A stretch of 64,000 bases of DNA from NCBI GenBank assembly GCA_965178125.1, contig OZ237748.1:310001-374000 (forward strand). The letters run 5' to 3'. This DNA comes from Bilabrum cf. latius. Taxonomy: Eukaryota. The notes under the pieces are model-generated. The model was not told the origin of the DNA. It worked only from the letters and a program-made list of their open reading frames with translations, and did not search any database. Below, one piece after another: positions 21,501 through 35,700 of this stretch (the stretch's first letter is position 1; every line of letters starts with the position of its first letter). The position numbers and the translations under genes were made by a program.

Positions 21501-24059
21501 TGCTGGCAGGGGTCCTTCGCGGTGCTCTCGCTGCGTTGATGGATTGGGCCTGGATAGTAGTTCGCGTATGTTGGTCTGTAAGTATGGTTTGGTATCATGG
21601 TTTGGACCCATCGGCGTGATTTTAGGAGCGCAATCCTGCGATCGGATTCGCCTCCGGAGCCGAGTGGTCGCATCGAATCGCCGTTTGGGAGCTATTGGTC
21701 GCTATGAAATGGTTCGAAGAGCTTCCTTCTCATCAAAATGTGGATGATTTTCAATGTTAGGTCGCGCATCGACGGATTGGCCGGTTCCTGAAGGATGCAA
21801 CTGCGCTCGCCTGGCCAAGCCTTGGCTAATGGTCGATGGTCCATTCGATTCTCCAGCGGAGAGCGTTTGGCTCTGTTCGCGGGTCTGATTGTTTTCATCT
21901 TAGTGTAGTGCGTCCTTGTGGCATGTTCTTGGAGGCGGGGTGACATATCCAACCGCGTAGATCCTCCTGCTGTGGTAGCTCGCAGGATAGCGGGCCTCCA
22001 TGTGCGTGTGTTCGGCAAAGAAGCGATGACAGATGCCTGATTTGGATTTGATGAATGGTTTTTCGGAGGAATCGAAGCCGACCAGGCCCGATTGATGGTG
22101 CAATGGTTTCTTGGCGGGTCTTGGTATGTGTGTCTGAACGGTTCTGTCTGGTTCGCTTTGGCGAAGCCTCGCTGGCATCGGATCACACCCCATGCTCCCC
22201 CCCCTCCCCACACCCTGACTCCCATCCCCCCACCGCAGGATGGCGAAACACCCGTTCATTTGGCATCCTACCATGGGCACGATGATTGCCTTCGAATGCT
22301 GCTTGAGAATGGGGGGGACGTGGATGCGGTGGATATAGTGAGAGAGATAGAAATATGTTGCGGCAGAGGTTGGTCTTGTGTGTGTGTGCTTATGCGTTGG
22401 ATTGGTGTGAGTGTCTGTCCGGCTTGGGATTACCCACTCCCGGGTCCGAAACCTGCTGGCAGGGGTCCTTCGCGGTGCTCCCGCTGCGTTGATGGATTGG
22501 GCCTGGACAGTGATCTGTCACTGCGAGATTGTTTCGTATTGGTCGACAGTCCTCGCTACGATGCTGTGGTCTCAGGGCGGTGGCGTATTACCACCTTTGT
22601 AGACACGCGTGTGTCTAGTGACCGACCTGGCTCTATCTCCAGGTCATGTGCTAGTGGTCGGGCAGCCCTGATATGGGCTGCCGAGTCACCATGCCTCACG
22701 GCTCTGCCAAGACTTGGATTGTCTTGGCAAAGCGGTTATAACCGCTAACAGCGCCAACCAACAGCCTTGTATCGATTCACTGGCGGTCAGTACTTGCCCC
22801 GCCGTTAGACAGTTGTGCCGGGCAGGGTCAGCTGTTCGTTCGCGAACGTTCAGCTGATACTGGCGTGATCCTGTGATCGACCGGCGAGGTCTCATTCCGG
22901 TTTGAGTCTACACTGGGGAAAGAGAGAGATCAGCCTCTGCGCTAGACAGGATTAGCAAAGAAATACAGAAGCAGCCTTAGCCAGTAGCTTTCTTCTGTGG
23001 CACGGTCTGCGACGCCAAGATGCGACAAGCATTACAGGATCGCGTATGTTGGTCTGTAAGTATGGTTTGATAGCATGGTTTAGACCCATCGGCGTGTTTT
23101 TGGGAGCACAATCCTGCGATCGGATTCGACTCCGGATCCGAATGGTCGCATTTGATCGCCGTTTGGGAACTATTGGTCGCTATAAAATGGTTCGGAGAGC
23201 TTTATTCTTATCAAAATGTGGATGATTTTCAATGTTAGATCGTGCATCGACGGATTGGCCGGTTCCTGAAGGAAGCAACTGCGCTCGCCTGGCCAAGCAT
23301 TGGCTTATGGTGATTTATGGATTTATACTGTGAAAGATCGATCGGGGGGTAATTGTATGTGATAATCAAAGTTGGTGCATGACATTTTAGAACCATCCGA
23401 TTCAACCGCAGCATGGAGACACTCCCCTTCACAGGGCAGCGTGCTATGGCCGCACCGCCTGCGCCACCATCCTAATGGAGGCAGGGGCCCAAAGGAACAT
23501 CAAGAACAAAGTGAGCTTCCACAGCTGGGTTACAACAGCACTTGATTCCTACATTTCCGTCATGCTGCCCATAGAATCACAGGACACTCCTGTACACAAA
23601 TCACCCCCCTTGCTGTCGTGCCCACGCTACCATGCCTATTTTCCTCTGCTTTGCTACTTGGCCGCCTCTCCTCTGCCGCTCTGCCTCGCTTCCTTGATCG
23701 AGCAGTATGGCAGAACTCCCGCTGAGGCGGCAGACGCAAGGGGCAAGTCCGAGACAGCTGCCATAATCCGATCATACATCCCTGCTCGAGTCGAAAGAGC
23801 CATGTGCTGGAGGCGGGCAGTGGAGGCTAAGAGGGATGCATCGATGGTGTTCAGGGCAGCGAGCACTGGCAGGCCACTGGAGCTTGAAAAGAGGCTGAGG
23901 CTGGGCAAGCTGGCTGGTGGGCTGGAGATCAAGGGAATAGCGATACATGGCAGTGGTAGTTCTAGGCTGGTGCTTCCACTGGAGGCAGCCAGGCTGGGTG
24001 GGCACGACGATTGCGTGAAGCTGCTGCAGGAGGCCTGGAGATGGATTCTAGGCTGGTGA
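18595..24059 (+). CDS. Ankyrin gene G2 (7 repeat-bearing exons, short tail)
   Basis: Exons 18777-18870, 19247-19345, 20332-20430, 21286-21384, 22239-22337, 23412-23510, 23706-24059; third-type exon triplicated in ~954-bp units. Confidence 0.8.
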
Positions 24060-24308
24060 GGAGGAGGAGGCAGATCCCGCGGGGGGCGGGTCCGTGGACG
24101 TGGTGGAGGCGTGGGTGCGGGAGCAGCGGCTGCGGCTGTGCGAGGCCGAGCACCGGCGGGCCCCTCTGTCGCGGGCCGCGCTGGTGGGTCACCGGGCTGC
24201 CCTCGAGGCGGAGGCAGGGGCGGGGCAGGAGCGGGGAGGGGCCCGTGGGGAGGCGGGCACGGGGCCGGCCAGCGGGGCGGGGGCGGACGATCCAGGGCCC
24301 GATGAGTC

Positions 24309-24486
24309 TGCTGGTGCTGGTGCTGGTGCTGGTGCTGGTGCTGGTGCTGGTGCTGGTGCTGGTGCTGGTGCTGGTGCTGGTGCTGGTGCTGGTGCTGGTG
24401 CTGGTGCTGGTGCTGGTGCTGGTGCTGGTGCTGGTGCTGGTGCTGGTGTTGGTGCTGGTGCCGGTGCTGGTGCTGGTGCTGGTGCT
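24309..24486 (+). repeat. (GCTGGT)n coding microsatellite (poly Gly-Ala); paralogous tracts at 44291-44326 and 58045-58152; (GGTGCA)n tracts at ~25000, ~44846 and 58663-58747
   Basis: Directly visible; tract length differs between paralogs. Confidence 0.95.
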
Positions 24487-25316
24487 TGTGGGTAGGACGG
24501 GGTGGAGAGCGCGGTCTCGTCTACTCTTGCGGACGAGCTGATGGAGCAGGCCGTGCTGCGGGCCGCGGAGCAGCTGGGGCCCGAGGCGGCGGATGATGGG
24601 GCTGGCGGTGTGACGAGTGAGGTGGCCGCTGCGGTGGAGGGTCTGTCCATGGGCGTGGTGGGCGGGCATGCCTTCGAGGGGGAGCTGGCCGGGGCAGTGG
24701 GGGCCGGCGTGCTGCAGGACCGCGGGGAGGCCGAGCGGGCCGTGGTGCAGGCGGGGCCCATGGCCGTGCTGCGGCCCCCGAGCGCGGGCACGCGGGCCAT
24801 GTTCGGGTGGACCGCGGGCAGCATGCCGGGGCGCGTGCGTCCGCTGGTGGAGGGGGAGGCCTCGCTGTGGGACAGGCACCTGCGGCGGGAGCTGCTGTCC
24901 CGGGAGGATGCCGCGCGGGAGGTGCGTCTGAACGCCGAGTCGCTCCGGAGGACGATGCAGTGCTTCGGGCCCGGGACCGTGGCAGCGGCGGATGGGCCAG
25001 GTGCAGGTGCAGGTGCAGGTGCAGGTGCAGGTGCAGGTATAGGCCTGTCTTGGTGCCTCCCGTGGGATGGGCCCAGGGACAGGAGCTGGGTGCCTGCCTC
25101 GCTGTCCGAGACGGGGGCCGGGGAGCAAGAACCACTGCCGGAGGGATGGACGGCAGACGTGGACACTCGGGGGAGGGTGATCTACGAGCGCGCTGATGGG
25201 CATGTGACGAGGATCAAGCCCACGGAGCCTTTCGTGGCATCGGCGACGCAGGACCCGCTGCCCGGCGGGTGGGTCGAGATGGCGATGCCGGATGGCACCC
25301 CGATGTTCGTGCACAC

Positions 25317-26956
25317 CAGGGCTGTGCGTTATTAAGGCCAAAACCTTAATACCGGGACCCAATATCCGTGATTAAGCCGGTGATTAAGAAGATTTTCAAA
25401 ATAATCCACGTTATTAAGATCGGGTCCTTGGATCTTCTTCATTTCGTCCATATATTGGGAGCTATGCATGATATATAGGCCACATACTATAAACAACATC
25501 TTAGTTTACTACAAAGCAATACATTCTGGTAGTTATCCAGGCTGTGACGCTTGCCGGATAGCCACAAGAAGCCATGACACCCTTCACTCGTGCTCGACGA
25601 CCAAGGCTCGCAGAACCACATAGCTTGCATGGCACGGGCTGTAATAGGAGCCCATTAAGTGTATGGCGACCACTTGACGGGATGAGGAGGGGGCATGTAC
25701 CGAGTAGAAGTACCCATCAGGCCCTCGCTGCAGCCATTACTTCGATTTGACCACCCCACACACCGTCCTTGCGCACGCTGTTCACGTACTACTACAAGAT
25801 CAGCATCTTTTCCGTGCCGTCAGGTGTCCGCAACATCTCCCCGAGAACTGTCGAGCCTCCTCTGACGCCGTCGCCCATGCCCTTTTTGACCTCGTCAACG
25901 ATGGCCTTGCGCAACCTACAAGGCTATGAGGTGGTCGGGCCCTCAGGAAGCAGCTGCGCAAGCGAATTGAACAAACATGTACCGTCACCTGCAGCCTGTC
26001 CGATGGTTATTCCTGGTGCGAGATCCTTGTTAACCTTAAGGGCGTCATTGCGGCCTGCCTAGATCTACCCAGCAGATGCTCTTGCGTCTGCTTCGGTCGG
26101 AGAAGCTCACGCCTGTGGTATGCCTGAGCTTCGTACGAATCCATCAGCACCAGCCCATCCTCAGTAATAAAAACACATAGCCAACGGCGGTGTTTGGCAG
26201 CATCCACCACTTGTTCTTCTCGAGCCATGCCTTGCCCAAGACCCGAGCAGCCCGAGCAGCCGACGACGATGCATCCGAATTCATCCTCTTCAATACCGCA
26301 GATATAGCGTGATTTACCTTCATTATCCACATCAGTATAGTTCTAGCACGCTGAGTCCGCAAACAAGACGCCATGGCCTTTGCTTCTGGGCTGTCTGAGA
26401 AGGTGTTGGTGCGCCCAAGTGCAAGCATGGGCAGATCGTCGTGCTGCATCAGCAGACGCATTAATCGCGCCTCAAGCTCCTTCGCACTGGATGTTGTATC
26501 AATATCGGTAACATTGTGGAGTACATTAAAGTAATGTCCGGTCGGGCCACACAGTCTTGCACCCAAAAGGAGCCCTGCACCTAGCTTCAGTAGTAGCTCA
26601 GCTGCACTCCTAATCTCGTGGTATTTCCGAATACCAGCCGGCTATTTTGAGTAAGCATCTCTTGATCTTGCTATTAAGCTAGACTTTGGCGGCGATATCT
26701 GCCTTTTCTTGGCCTAGTGCCGACCTGCGTGGGTTCGACGTTAAAGGTTTGAATTGTAGCACGCTCATACTGGCTAAATAATAGCAAAATTGATATTACA
26801 ACCGCCCATACGAATAAACTAAAAACTATTTAAACTATATTTACTATTTTCAACCATTATCATGGGCTATTGAGGCGACAAAGTGACTTCCGTTATTAAG
26901 GCCTCCGCTGGCGATAATCCACGTTATTAAGGAGCCCTTAATAACGCGCAGCCCTG
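25317..26956. mobile_element. Non-autonomous hAT-type DNA transposon, 1640 bp
   Basis: 21-bp TIRs CAGGGCTG(T/C)GCGTTATTAAGG at 25317-25337 and 26936-26956; 8-bp TSD GTGCACAC at 25309-16 and 26957-64; subterminal TTATTAAG repeats; no intact transposase. Confidence 0.92.
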
Positions 26957-27684
26957 GTGCACACTGCCACGAGGCAGACCAGGTTCGATCGACCCACGTG
27001 AGGGCATGGATCGAACTGAGGCTTCTGAGAGTCTCATCGGGGTAGGTGGTTGGATGTGTTAGTTGGATTTGAAGTTGGACTGGGCCTGGGGCTTGCCTTG
27101 GAATGGTAGCTCCGGCCACTGCTTGCTTTCTGTGACTGACTGTATCCACGGATGGATACGGATGAATCAAGTTAGCTGTATCAATCGTTTCGCATCCAGG
27201 ATGTTAACTATAATTGCTGCCAAGCCAAACCGCTATGTTGAGAGCTGCTTCTGATCCAGGATTGCAGCCAAGCAGGATTTAATTCCAGTTTAGCATCCAC
27301 TGGATCCTATCATTGCCCGTAGACCGTCCAACCGCCTCATTGATTCTCATCCATGGGAGCGTCATTGAGGCCTCCCAACCAGGTGGTGCTGCTACACGTT
27401 TCTACGGAAAGGCTGCAAAGAATTATTCTCACCGAATAATGCCAGGCATGACTGCATCATGTCCCTGCTGCCGTTCACTCCCGCGACACAGCGGTGGTCA
27501 AAGTCGTACACCACACACCGCGCGATGGGCTCGAGCGCAAGTCCTGCGAGAGAAACGAGGGATGAACAAAATGGACGAATACGATGGAAGTGCCGGCTCA
27601 CGCAAGGAGAGGAGTGCTAATTCTCGTGCGAGGACACGCGGCGCCGATCGACTGCCCACACTACCACCTGTGGCACCAGCAGCG

Positions 27685-29441
27685 TCAGACACGTGCGGAG
27701 GTGTGACGACTAATAGTCATCTTTAGCCACCTGCGAATTTCTTCCTCCCAACCGGCTTTGGCCACCTCGCCCAGGTGCCAGGCGCTGACGGTGCCCACCA
27801 GCGCACCCCCGCACACGCTCACCCACACGCCCCCCTTGCACAGACCCCCCACGCGGCCGCGCACAAGCTGGCCCGGCTTCACGCTGCCCCATCCCTGCAC
27901 CCCGCCCAGCGGAACCGCCGCGTCGCCAAACCGGCTGGGCCCGCCCTTCCCCTTCCCCTTCCGCTTGCCCTTGGCTGCAGCTCCATCGGATCCGGAGTCC
28001 CTCGCGATCTCGTACCCTCCCGTCCGGACCTGCAGCACAGCCGTCCCGTCCCCCCTTACACTCGTCACACGGGTACCCAGCAGGTATCCCCCCTCCGTCA
28101 GGGGGTTCCCCTGCCCGTCCGTCCCGTCAGTCGCTGCAAAGGGAAGGAACCCCCGGAGGCCCCTGCCGCCCGACGCACCTGCACCCGCACCACCGTTCCC
28201 TGCACCCTCCCCCGCCCCGACCCCCAGATCCACCACCCACCCCTCGTCCTCGGCCGACACCAGCTGCCCCCCCACCGGCGTGCCAGCCTCCACGTAAGCC
28301 CTTGAGAGCCCCATCGCCAGCCGCGCCGGGGCCAAACTGCACGCTACTTCCAAACCGGAAGAACCCCTCGACCCGCTGGCGGCCTGTGCCCTGGCCGCCG
28401 CCGCCCCCTCCTCGTCCCCTCTGGCGGCCAGGAGCGCGGCACGGGCCTCTGCCGCCTGAGCCGCGGCCGCCGACTTGGGCTTGGGAGCGAGCGTGGAGGC
28501 CCGGAGCAGCTGCCCGGGCCTGAACAACGCCGTGAGCGGGGCGGGGCCGCGTGCATCTGCGCTTGGCCTGGATTCATGATCCTCATCGTCCTCATCGTCC
28601 TCATCGTCCTCTTCGCTTTCATCCTCTTCTTTCTCATCGTTTGCAGCCTCCGCACCCCCCTTGCCCCTGCCCCTGCCCTTGCCCCTGAGCCATCCCCTGA
28701 CCCTCCTCCTCACCACGGCGCCGCACTCCTACAGGGTCACCCTGCCCTTGATCCCAAAGGGGAGGGACAGCGCCAGGGACCGGGAGCCCACACTCGTCAC
28801 ACTCGCCAGGACCAGAGTGCCGGGCCGGATGGTCTGCGATGGGCAATCAGGGGAGGTCAACGGGGGGAGTGCGGTGGTCGCGGTACACAGGCAAACTCAC
28901 AGCATCAAAAGCATCAGGGCAGAGATGAGTGGTTGTACACTAGTATCTCGCTAGGCGTTGTCTGTCTCTTCCTCACCTTCGCCTTGAGGACCCACGCCTC
29001 CCTGGGTGCCTGCACCCCGGCTCGCCTTGCCACCGACAAGGGGCCCTGGGTCTTCCCCGCCGATGATGACGATGATGATGATGATGATGCGATTGATCCA
29101 GCTCCTCTTGCATGACCTCTGCGGCTTGACTCGGTGCGGGCTTCCATGCCCATGCCTCCGCCACTGCGGCTGCTGTCTGCCTGCTGCTCGGCTCGGGAGC
29201 TGGAAATCGACTTTCGCCTGCCGCTGCCTCTGGAACGGCGCTGCGACTGCTGCTCCTGCACTTGGGAGTTTGCATCAGCTCCGGCACTCCCGCCGGTTGC
29301 TGCCGATGCTGCGGGGCCGCTGCTTCCGAACAGCCTGGGAATGTGCTCGAGCGAAGTCGAGAGAGCTGGCTTCTTCGGCTTTGTACCGGTCATCGGCACC
29401 GCCCGTGATAGTCCTCTCGGAAATGATGACTATTGATTCAT
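27685..29441 (-). pseudogene. RRP5: Truncated RRP5/PDCD11-like S1-domain gene, copy A
   Basis: Starts MNQ(TAG)SSFPRG, the N-terminal FPRG motif of Rrp5. An intron at ~28976-28833 joins AWVLKAK|TIRPGTLVLASVTSV..LSLPFGIKGRV. Further S1-like segments VSAEDEGWVVDLG..LRGFLP and VKPGQLVRGRV..VWVSV..VGTVSAWHL. Ends after about 3 S1 domains, whereas full Rrp5 has about 12 S1 domains plus TPR. Confidence 0.72.
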
Positions 29442-29789
29442 TGAAGTACAGCCTGTTGTTGAAAATCTGCTGCCTATACTGCTGCTTGCTGCCAAACTTC
29501 AAATGGAGGCTGTGGCCAGTCGTTTTCAGCTTGAATAGGCTCCAGAACAAGGTTATGGAGATTCAGCCCAAATGCACAGCTAGCCAAGCAAATATTCAAT
29601 ATGAATACTTCCAAGCGAGCCTTCGATTACTTGTGGTTCGCACTCAAAGTGATGAGTTGCACCTCTGTGCTCCAAAATGGTATTTTGTCTTTAGTTGCGT
29701 GTGCATAGAACATTCCCCATGATCCGGCCTATTGTCCGTCTTCCAGCCTGCTTGGAGGGCACTGGTTCTTATTGTGATATCAGTTTGAG

Positions 29790-32700
29790 ATGTAAGATAG
29801 TGTTAACTTATATTTGGCTATTTGTACAACTTGTTGAGTCTGATACCGCTCCGTAGCAGCTGTTGTTACAGTGTGTATCCTGGCTACCTGTGGTGCGTTG
29901 AGATCTCCTCGTGGATTCGATCCGCATGAGTCTGCTTCACGCGATGCATAAATTACTTACGTCAAGTTTCAAGCTCCTCAGGGGAGACGCGCTTCGATCA
30001 GCAGCCAACAATGGCAAGTTGGACGACCTGAGGGCTTGTCTGGATTCGGGAACGGACATCGAATCCAAAGATTGCGTGAGATTGAGTACGACTGACCGGG
30101 CTTTTGGATTCCTTCTTGATTGGTTATGAATGCCAAGACCCGAAGGTCCACGCACAGGCTGTTACGGAGCTCACCAGCGATCGGATGACGGCGATCCACC
30201 ATTGCAGACCTGTTGCACGCCATCGATTCATCGGCGAACCAAATTAGGGGGCGAGTCGGGGGAGCTAATGTGATTCAGGTGCAATGGTGTGCATACATGA
30301 CAGAGGCATGCACCTCTTGTTCTGCTTGCTCTCCGCGCCTGGCCATGAGCGGATCCTCACCCCCCGCCACCAGGTTGCTCCCTTCCCTCGGGATCTGCTT
30401 TCCATCCACGGCTACCCACCAATGGTTCTATCTGTCTTTAGTGCATTGCAGAGTGGTCAGACAGCTGCATTGTGGGCTGCGAGCCGCGGCAAGACGGACT
30501 GCCTGTAGCTGCTCATCGAGAGGGGCGCCAACGTGAACGCTGCCAGCAACGTGAGAGGGATAGGCTACCTGGCCAACAGGACCGGTTGTAGGCGGGACCT
30601 GGCATATTTGATTAAGCTTGAGAGCTTATTATACTGTTTGTACCCGTTCAAGTGGCTGACACGACATCAAGCTAGCTCCTCGTCGATCGAGCCGGTCCGG
30701 GCCCCCGAGCAAGTGCTCCCCGGTGACTGATGAGGTCGCAAGGGGAGGCACGATTGTTTTTTGCTGTCTTGTAGATGCGGTCGATTGAATGTTTTGCGTT
30801 GTTGATATTTTATGTCTGCAAGTATTGATGCGAGGCACCCTTGCCATGCCTCGGCCCGCCCGGCTGGCCCACCTGGCTATTGTGCTGGGTGGGGCAGGTG
30901 AGTGGTGGCTTGCGGGATGTGGATTCACCAGGATCGTGTCTAGTTTTTCGAGGCGAATGTCTATTGCTTGGTTGACTTTGTGTATTTCCTTTGTTCAAGG
31001 TTGGTTGTCAATCGATGCAAGCTCCCTGGGGGAGAACAGGTTTGGCCTGTGTGACGAGCATTCAGCTCGATCCTCATTGCCTGGCTTGCGCCTCCGATGG
31101 GCAGAGTTCAATGAGTTTGCACTGAACAGTACATGCATAGTATGACATATATATGATTAATTTGATTCATTTGTCTTTCAGGACATGCACAGCTGGCGAG
31201 GCGGCCGCTGCCCGTCCCCCCAGAGGGCCCCTCGGCTATCTCAGCCCACAGGCGGATTCAGAGGCCGGGACCGGTCCCTGTCGTAATGAAATGGCTTGAT
31301 AGGAAGATTGGTGTATGTTTGGATTGGTTTTGATTTTAATGATTTTGTCCCTCGAGCGGGAATCGATCCGGGGACTGCGCCCCTAGGGCCCAGAGCGACT
31401 CCCACCGGTCCGTTCCAAAGCCCCCCCCCACACCCCCATCACCCGCCCCATGCCCACACACATCCACACCCACACCCACCCCAAGCATACCCCCTGCTCC
31501 CCCCCCCACCCCCTGACTCCCATCCCCCCACCGCAGAATGGCCGCACACCCGTTCATATGGCATCCTGGCATGGGCACGATGACTGTCTTCGATTGCTGG
31601 TTGCAAATGGGGGGGACGTGCATGCGGTGACTAAGGTGAGAGAGAGAGAAATGTGTTGAGGGAGAGGTTGGTCTTGTGTGTGTGTGCTTGTGTGTTGGAT
31701 GGGTGTGCGTGTCTGTCCAGCTTGGGATTGCCCGCTCCCGGGTCCGAGACCCGCTGGCAGGGGTCCTTCGCGGTGCTACCGCTGCGTTGACGGATTGGGG
31801 CTTGACGCTTGTGCGCGTATCTCGGGCTGTAGGCATGGTATGATATCACGGTTTGGACCCATCGGCGCGATTTCGGGAGCGCAATCCTGCGATCGGATTC
31901 GACTCCGGATCCGAATGGTCGCATCGGATCGCCGCTCGGGAGCGATTGGTCGCTTTCAAAAGGTTCGGAGAGCTTTATTCTTGTCAAAATGTGCATGATT
32001 TTCTTTGTCAGGTCGGGCATCGACGGATTGGCCGGTTCCGGAAGATGCAACTGCACTCGCCTGGCCAAGCCTTGACTGGTGCTCGATGGTCCTTTCCGTT
32101 CTCAAGCGGGGAGCGTTTGGCTCTGCTAGCGGGTCTGATTGTGTTCATTGTTGTGTAATTTATCCTTTTGGCATGTTGTTGGAGGCGGGGGGTCATATCC
32201 AGCCGATATGATCGTCCTGCTGTGTTTGCTGGCAAGAACAGTGGCCGTCCATGAGCGTGTGTTGGACTATGGAGCAATGCTAGATGCACTATTTAGATTG
32301 ATTGTTTGATGATTTTGTTGAATCGAACTTTTTCGGGCCAGATCGATGGTGCGTTTGATTCTTGAAGGGCCTTAACCTGTGTGCCTGAACGGCTCTGTCT
32401 GGTTCGTTTTAGCGAAGCTTCGCTGGCATCGGATCACCCAAGACTGGGATTTTGGGCTGCTTTTCCAGTTAAATCAATCTGCTTGATTTGGTAGTGTATG
32501 GATCTTTATCAAAATGCTTGGAGTGCGTATAGCTTGCCGCTTGTGTTGATTCGCTCGGATTGTCCGCGATGGCAGGGCTCGCTTGGCATGCATGGGTCGC
32601 TGGCATATAGAGATGTGACATGAGTGTCTGCTTGGACCTTTTATGGAAGCAAATGATAAAGTGTATATGTGGTAGTATCCATGGTGCATCTGGATGCTCT

Positions 32701-35700
32701 GTGTATAGTATCCTGCCTTCAGCATGGCACCTGAACTCTGTGGAATCAGCCCGTCTCGATCGGCATTGGCTGGTCTTGAGCAGCAATGGTTTCATTGCAA
32801 TGTAAGTGTATCTGGTGTTGCACTCATGCATGTGGATTGCTTGGATTGTAATCAATGAGCTGCACAGCTGGCGAGGCGGCGGCTGCCCGTCCGCCCAGTA
32901 GGCCCCTCAGCTATCTCAGCCCACAGGCGGATTCAAAGGCCGGGACCGGTCCCTGTCGCGATGAAATGGATTGATAAGAAGATTGATGTATGTTTGGATT
33001 GGTTTTGATTTTAATGATTTTGTCCCTCGAGCGGGAATCGATCCGGGGACTGCGCCCCTAGGGCCCAGAACGACTCCCACCGGTCCGTCCCAACGCCCCT
33101 CCCACACCCCCATCACCCGCCCCATGCCCACACACATCCACACCCACACCCACCCCAAGTACACCCCCTGCTCCCCCCCCCACCCCCTGTCTCCCACCCC
33201 CCCACCGCAGAATGGCTCCACACCCGTTCATGCGGCATCCTTGTGGGGGCACGATGGCTGTCTTCGATTGCTGGTTGAAAATGGGGGGGACGTGAATGCG
33301 GTGACTAAGGTGAGAGAGAGAGAAATATGTTGAGGGAGAGGTTGGTCTTGTGTGTGTGTGCTTGTGAGTTGGATGGGTGTGTGTGTCTGTACGGCTTGGG
33401 ATTGCCCGCTCCCGGGTCCGAGACCCGCTGGCAGGGGTCCTTCGCGGTGCTCCGGCTGCGTTGATGGATTGGGGCTGGACACTAGTGCGCGTATGTCGGG
33501 CTGTAGGTATGGTATGGTATCGTGGTTTGGACCCATTGGCGTGATTTCGGGAGCGCAATCCTGCGATCGGATTCGACTCCGGATCCGAATGGTCGCATCG
33601 GATCGCCGCTCGGGAGCGATTGGTCGCTTTCAAAAGGTTCGGAGAGCTTTGTTCTTATCAAAATGCGGATGATTATCTATGTTAGGTCGGGCATCGACGG
33701 ATTGGCCGGTTCCGGAAGATGCAACTGCACTCGCCTGGCCAAGCCTTGACGGGTGCTCGATGGTCCTTTCCGTTCTCAAGCGGGGAGCGTTTGGCTCTGC
33801 TAGCGGGTCTGATTGTGTTCATTGTTGTGTAATTTATCATTTTGGCATGTTGTTGGAGGCGGGGGGTCATATCCAGCCGATATGATCGTCCTGCTGTGTT
33901 TGCTTCTGAGAACAGTGGCGGTCCATGAGCGTTTGTTGGGCGACGAAGCGATGACTGATGCATGATTTGGGTTCATTGGTTGGCGATTTTGTTGAATCGA
34001 ACTTCTTTGGGCCAGATCGATGGTTCGTGTGATGCTTGGCGGGCCTTGGACTGGGTGTCTGAACAGCTCTGTCCGGTTCGTTTTGGCGAAGCTTCGCTGG
34101 CATCGGATCACCCAAGACTGGGATTTTGGGCTGCTTTGCCAGTGGAAATCAATTTGCTTGGTTTGTAAGTTTGTGGATCCTGCATCGAATTACTTGGTGT
34201 GCGTTGAGCTTGCTGACAGCGCAACTAGATGCTGGGTGATCAGTTTTCTGCAGTCGTTTGAGCACAGCACCTGAACTCTGTGGATGCAGCTTGTCTCTAT
34301 CGGCACTGCCTGGTCTGACGCCGCAACGGATTCAAAGCAATGTATGCGTTTTAGGTATTGTACGGCTCCATTTGGTTTGATTAAGTTGTCGTTAGTGGTG
34401 ATTTCGCAGTGCACCTGGCGCTGCCTCTCTGTCATCGGATCGCTTCCGGATCACACCAGGCCAAGCAAATCGGTGGATTTGCGTAACCCTAAGCTCTGAT
34501 ATATCGATCGATTTGCCGGGAAATTGCCTCAGATTTTTCATGTTGGCTCTTTGACCTTTCAGAACCCTCCGATTCACCCGCAGGATGGAGACACTCCCCT
34601 TCACAGGGCAGCGTACTGGGGCAAGACCGCCTGCGCCACCATCCTAATGGAGGCAGGGGCCCGCATGGACATCAAGAACAACGTGAGCTTCCACTCATGC
34701 ACCACAACAGCACTTGATTTCCACATATCCGTCGTGCTGCCAAAGGGATCGAGGAACCCTCCCACCCACGAATCCACCCCCCGTGCATCTTTGATCCCAT
34801 GACCACTCCTCTCTCTCTCGCTTCCTTGGATCAAGCAGGATGGCGAGACTCCTGCCGAGTTGGCAGACTCCAATGGCAATACCGAAGCAGCTGCCGCCAT
34901 CCGGTCGTTCACTCGGAGCTCCCCTCCCAGCGGTGGGGGTGCCTCTGGCGGGGCATCTGGAAGTGAGCTGGCTCGTGTGAAGCAGGAGCTGAGGGAGCGC
35001 GATGCCCAGGTGCAGGCCAAGGACCAGCAGCTGAGGGAGCGCGATGCCCAGGTGCAGGCCATGTAGCAGCAGCTGAGGGAGCGCGATGCCCAGGTGCAGG
35101 CCATGTAGCAGCAGCTGAGGGAGCGCGATGCCCAGGTGCAGGCCAAGGACCACCAGCTGAGGGAGCGCGATGCCTAGATCCAGGCCCTCACCCATCGGAC
35201 CCCACTCGGGGAGGCATGTCACGCGCTGGCCGCCGATGTGGATGCTGGGCTGCTGCCCAGTCCGGTGGAGGGCGCGGGGGACGATCCTGCGGCCATCGGG
35301 GCGGCGCTGCGGGCCCGGCTGGGGCTGGGCGAGGGGGCGGCGGGCGAGGCCGTGTGGAGGCAGCTGGCTCTGAGCATGGGCCGGCACCGGGCTGCGCTGC
35401 AGGACCTGGAGCTGGGGGCCGTGGCGGGCGGGGACTGGTTCGGGCATCTGCACGGGCGGCTGCAGTACGCCTCAGGGGGGGGCGGCTGTCTGGATCTCGG
35501 GACGGTTCTGTCGCCTGAGGAGCTGGAGACTGGGCTCATCGGCGGGCGAGGTCGAGTGATAGAGGCAGGGCCGGCCAATCGGCGCCCCGGCCGCGCGTCT
35601 GTCTTTGCTGCCGGCCAGTTGCCCGACTCTGCCTCGATGGCCGCGATCGAGGCCGGGCGCATCCCTCCGCTGAACCTGCCAGCGGGCAAGGAAGGGGCAA

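Larger units (their letters stand above)
24075..27001 (+). pseudogene. Orphan kinase-A C-terminal module (helical region, Gly-Ala repeats, two WW domains) disrupted by a hAT element
   Basis: Out of frame with G2. WW motifs PLPEGWTADVDTRGRVIYER and PLPGGWVEMAMPDGTPMFVH; the reading frame resumes (TATRQTRFDRPT*) after the transposon. Confidence 0.7.
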
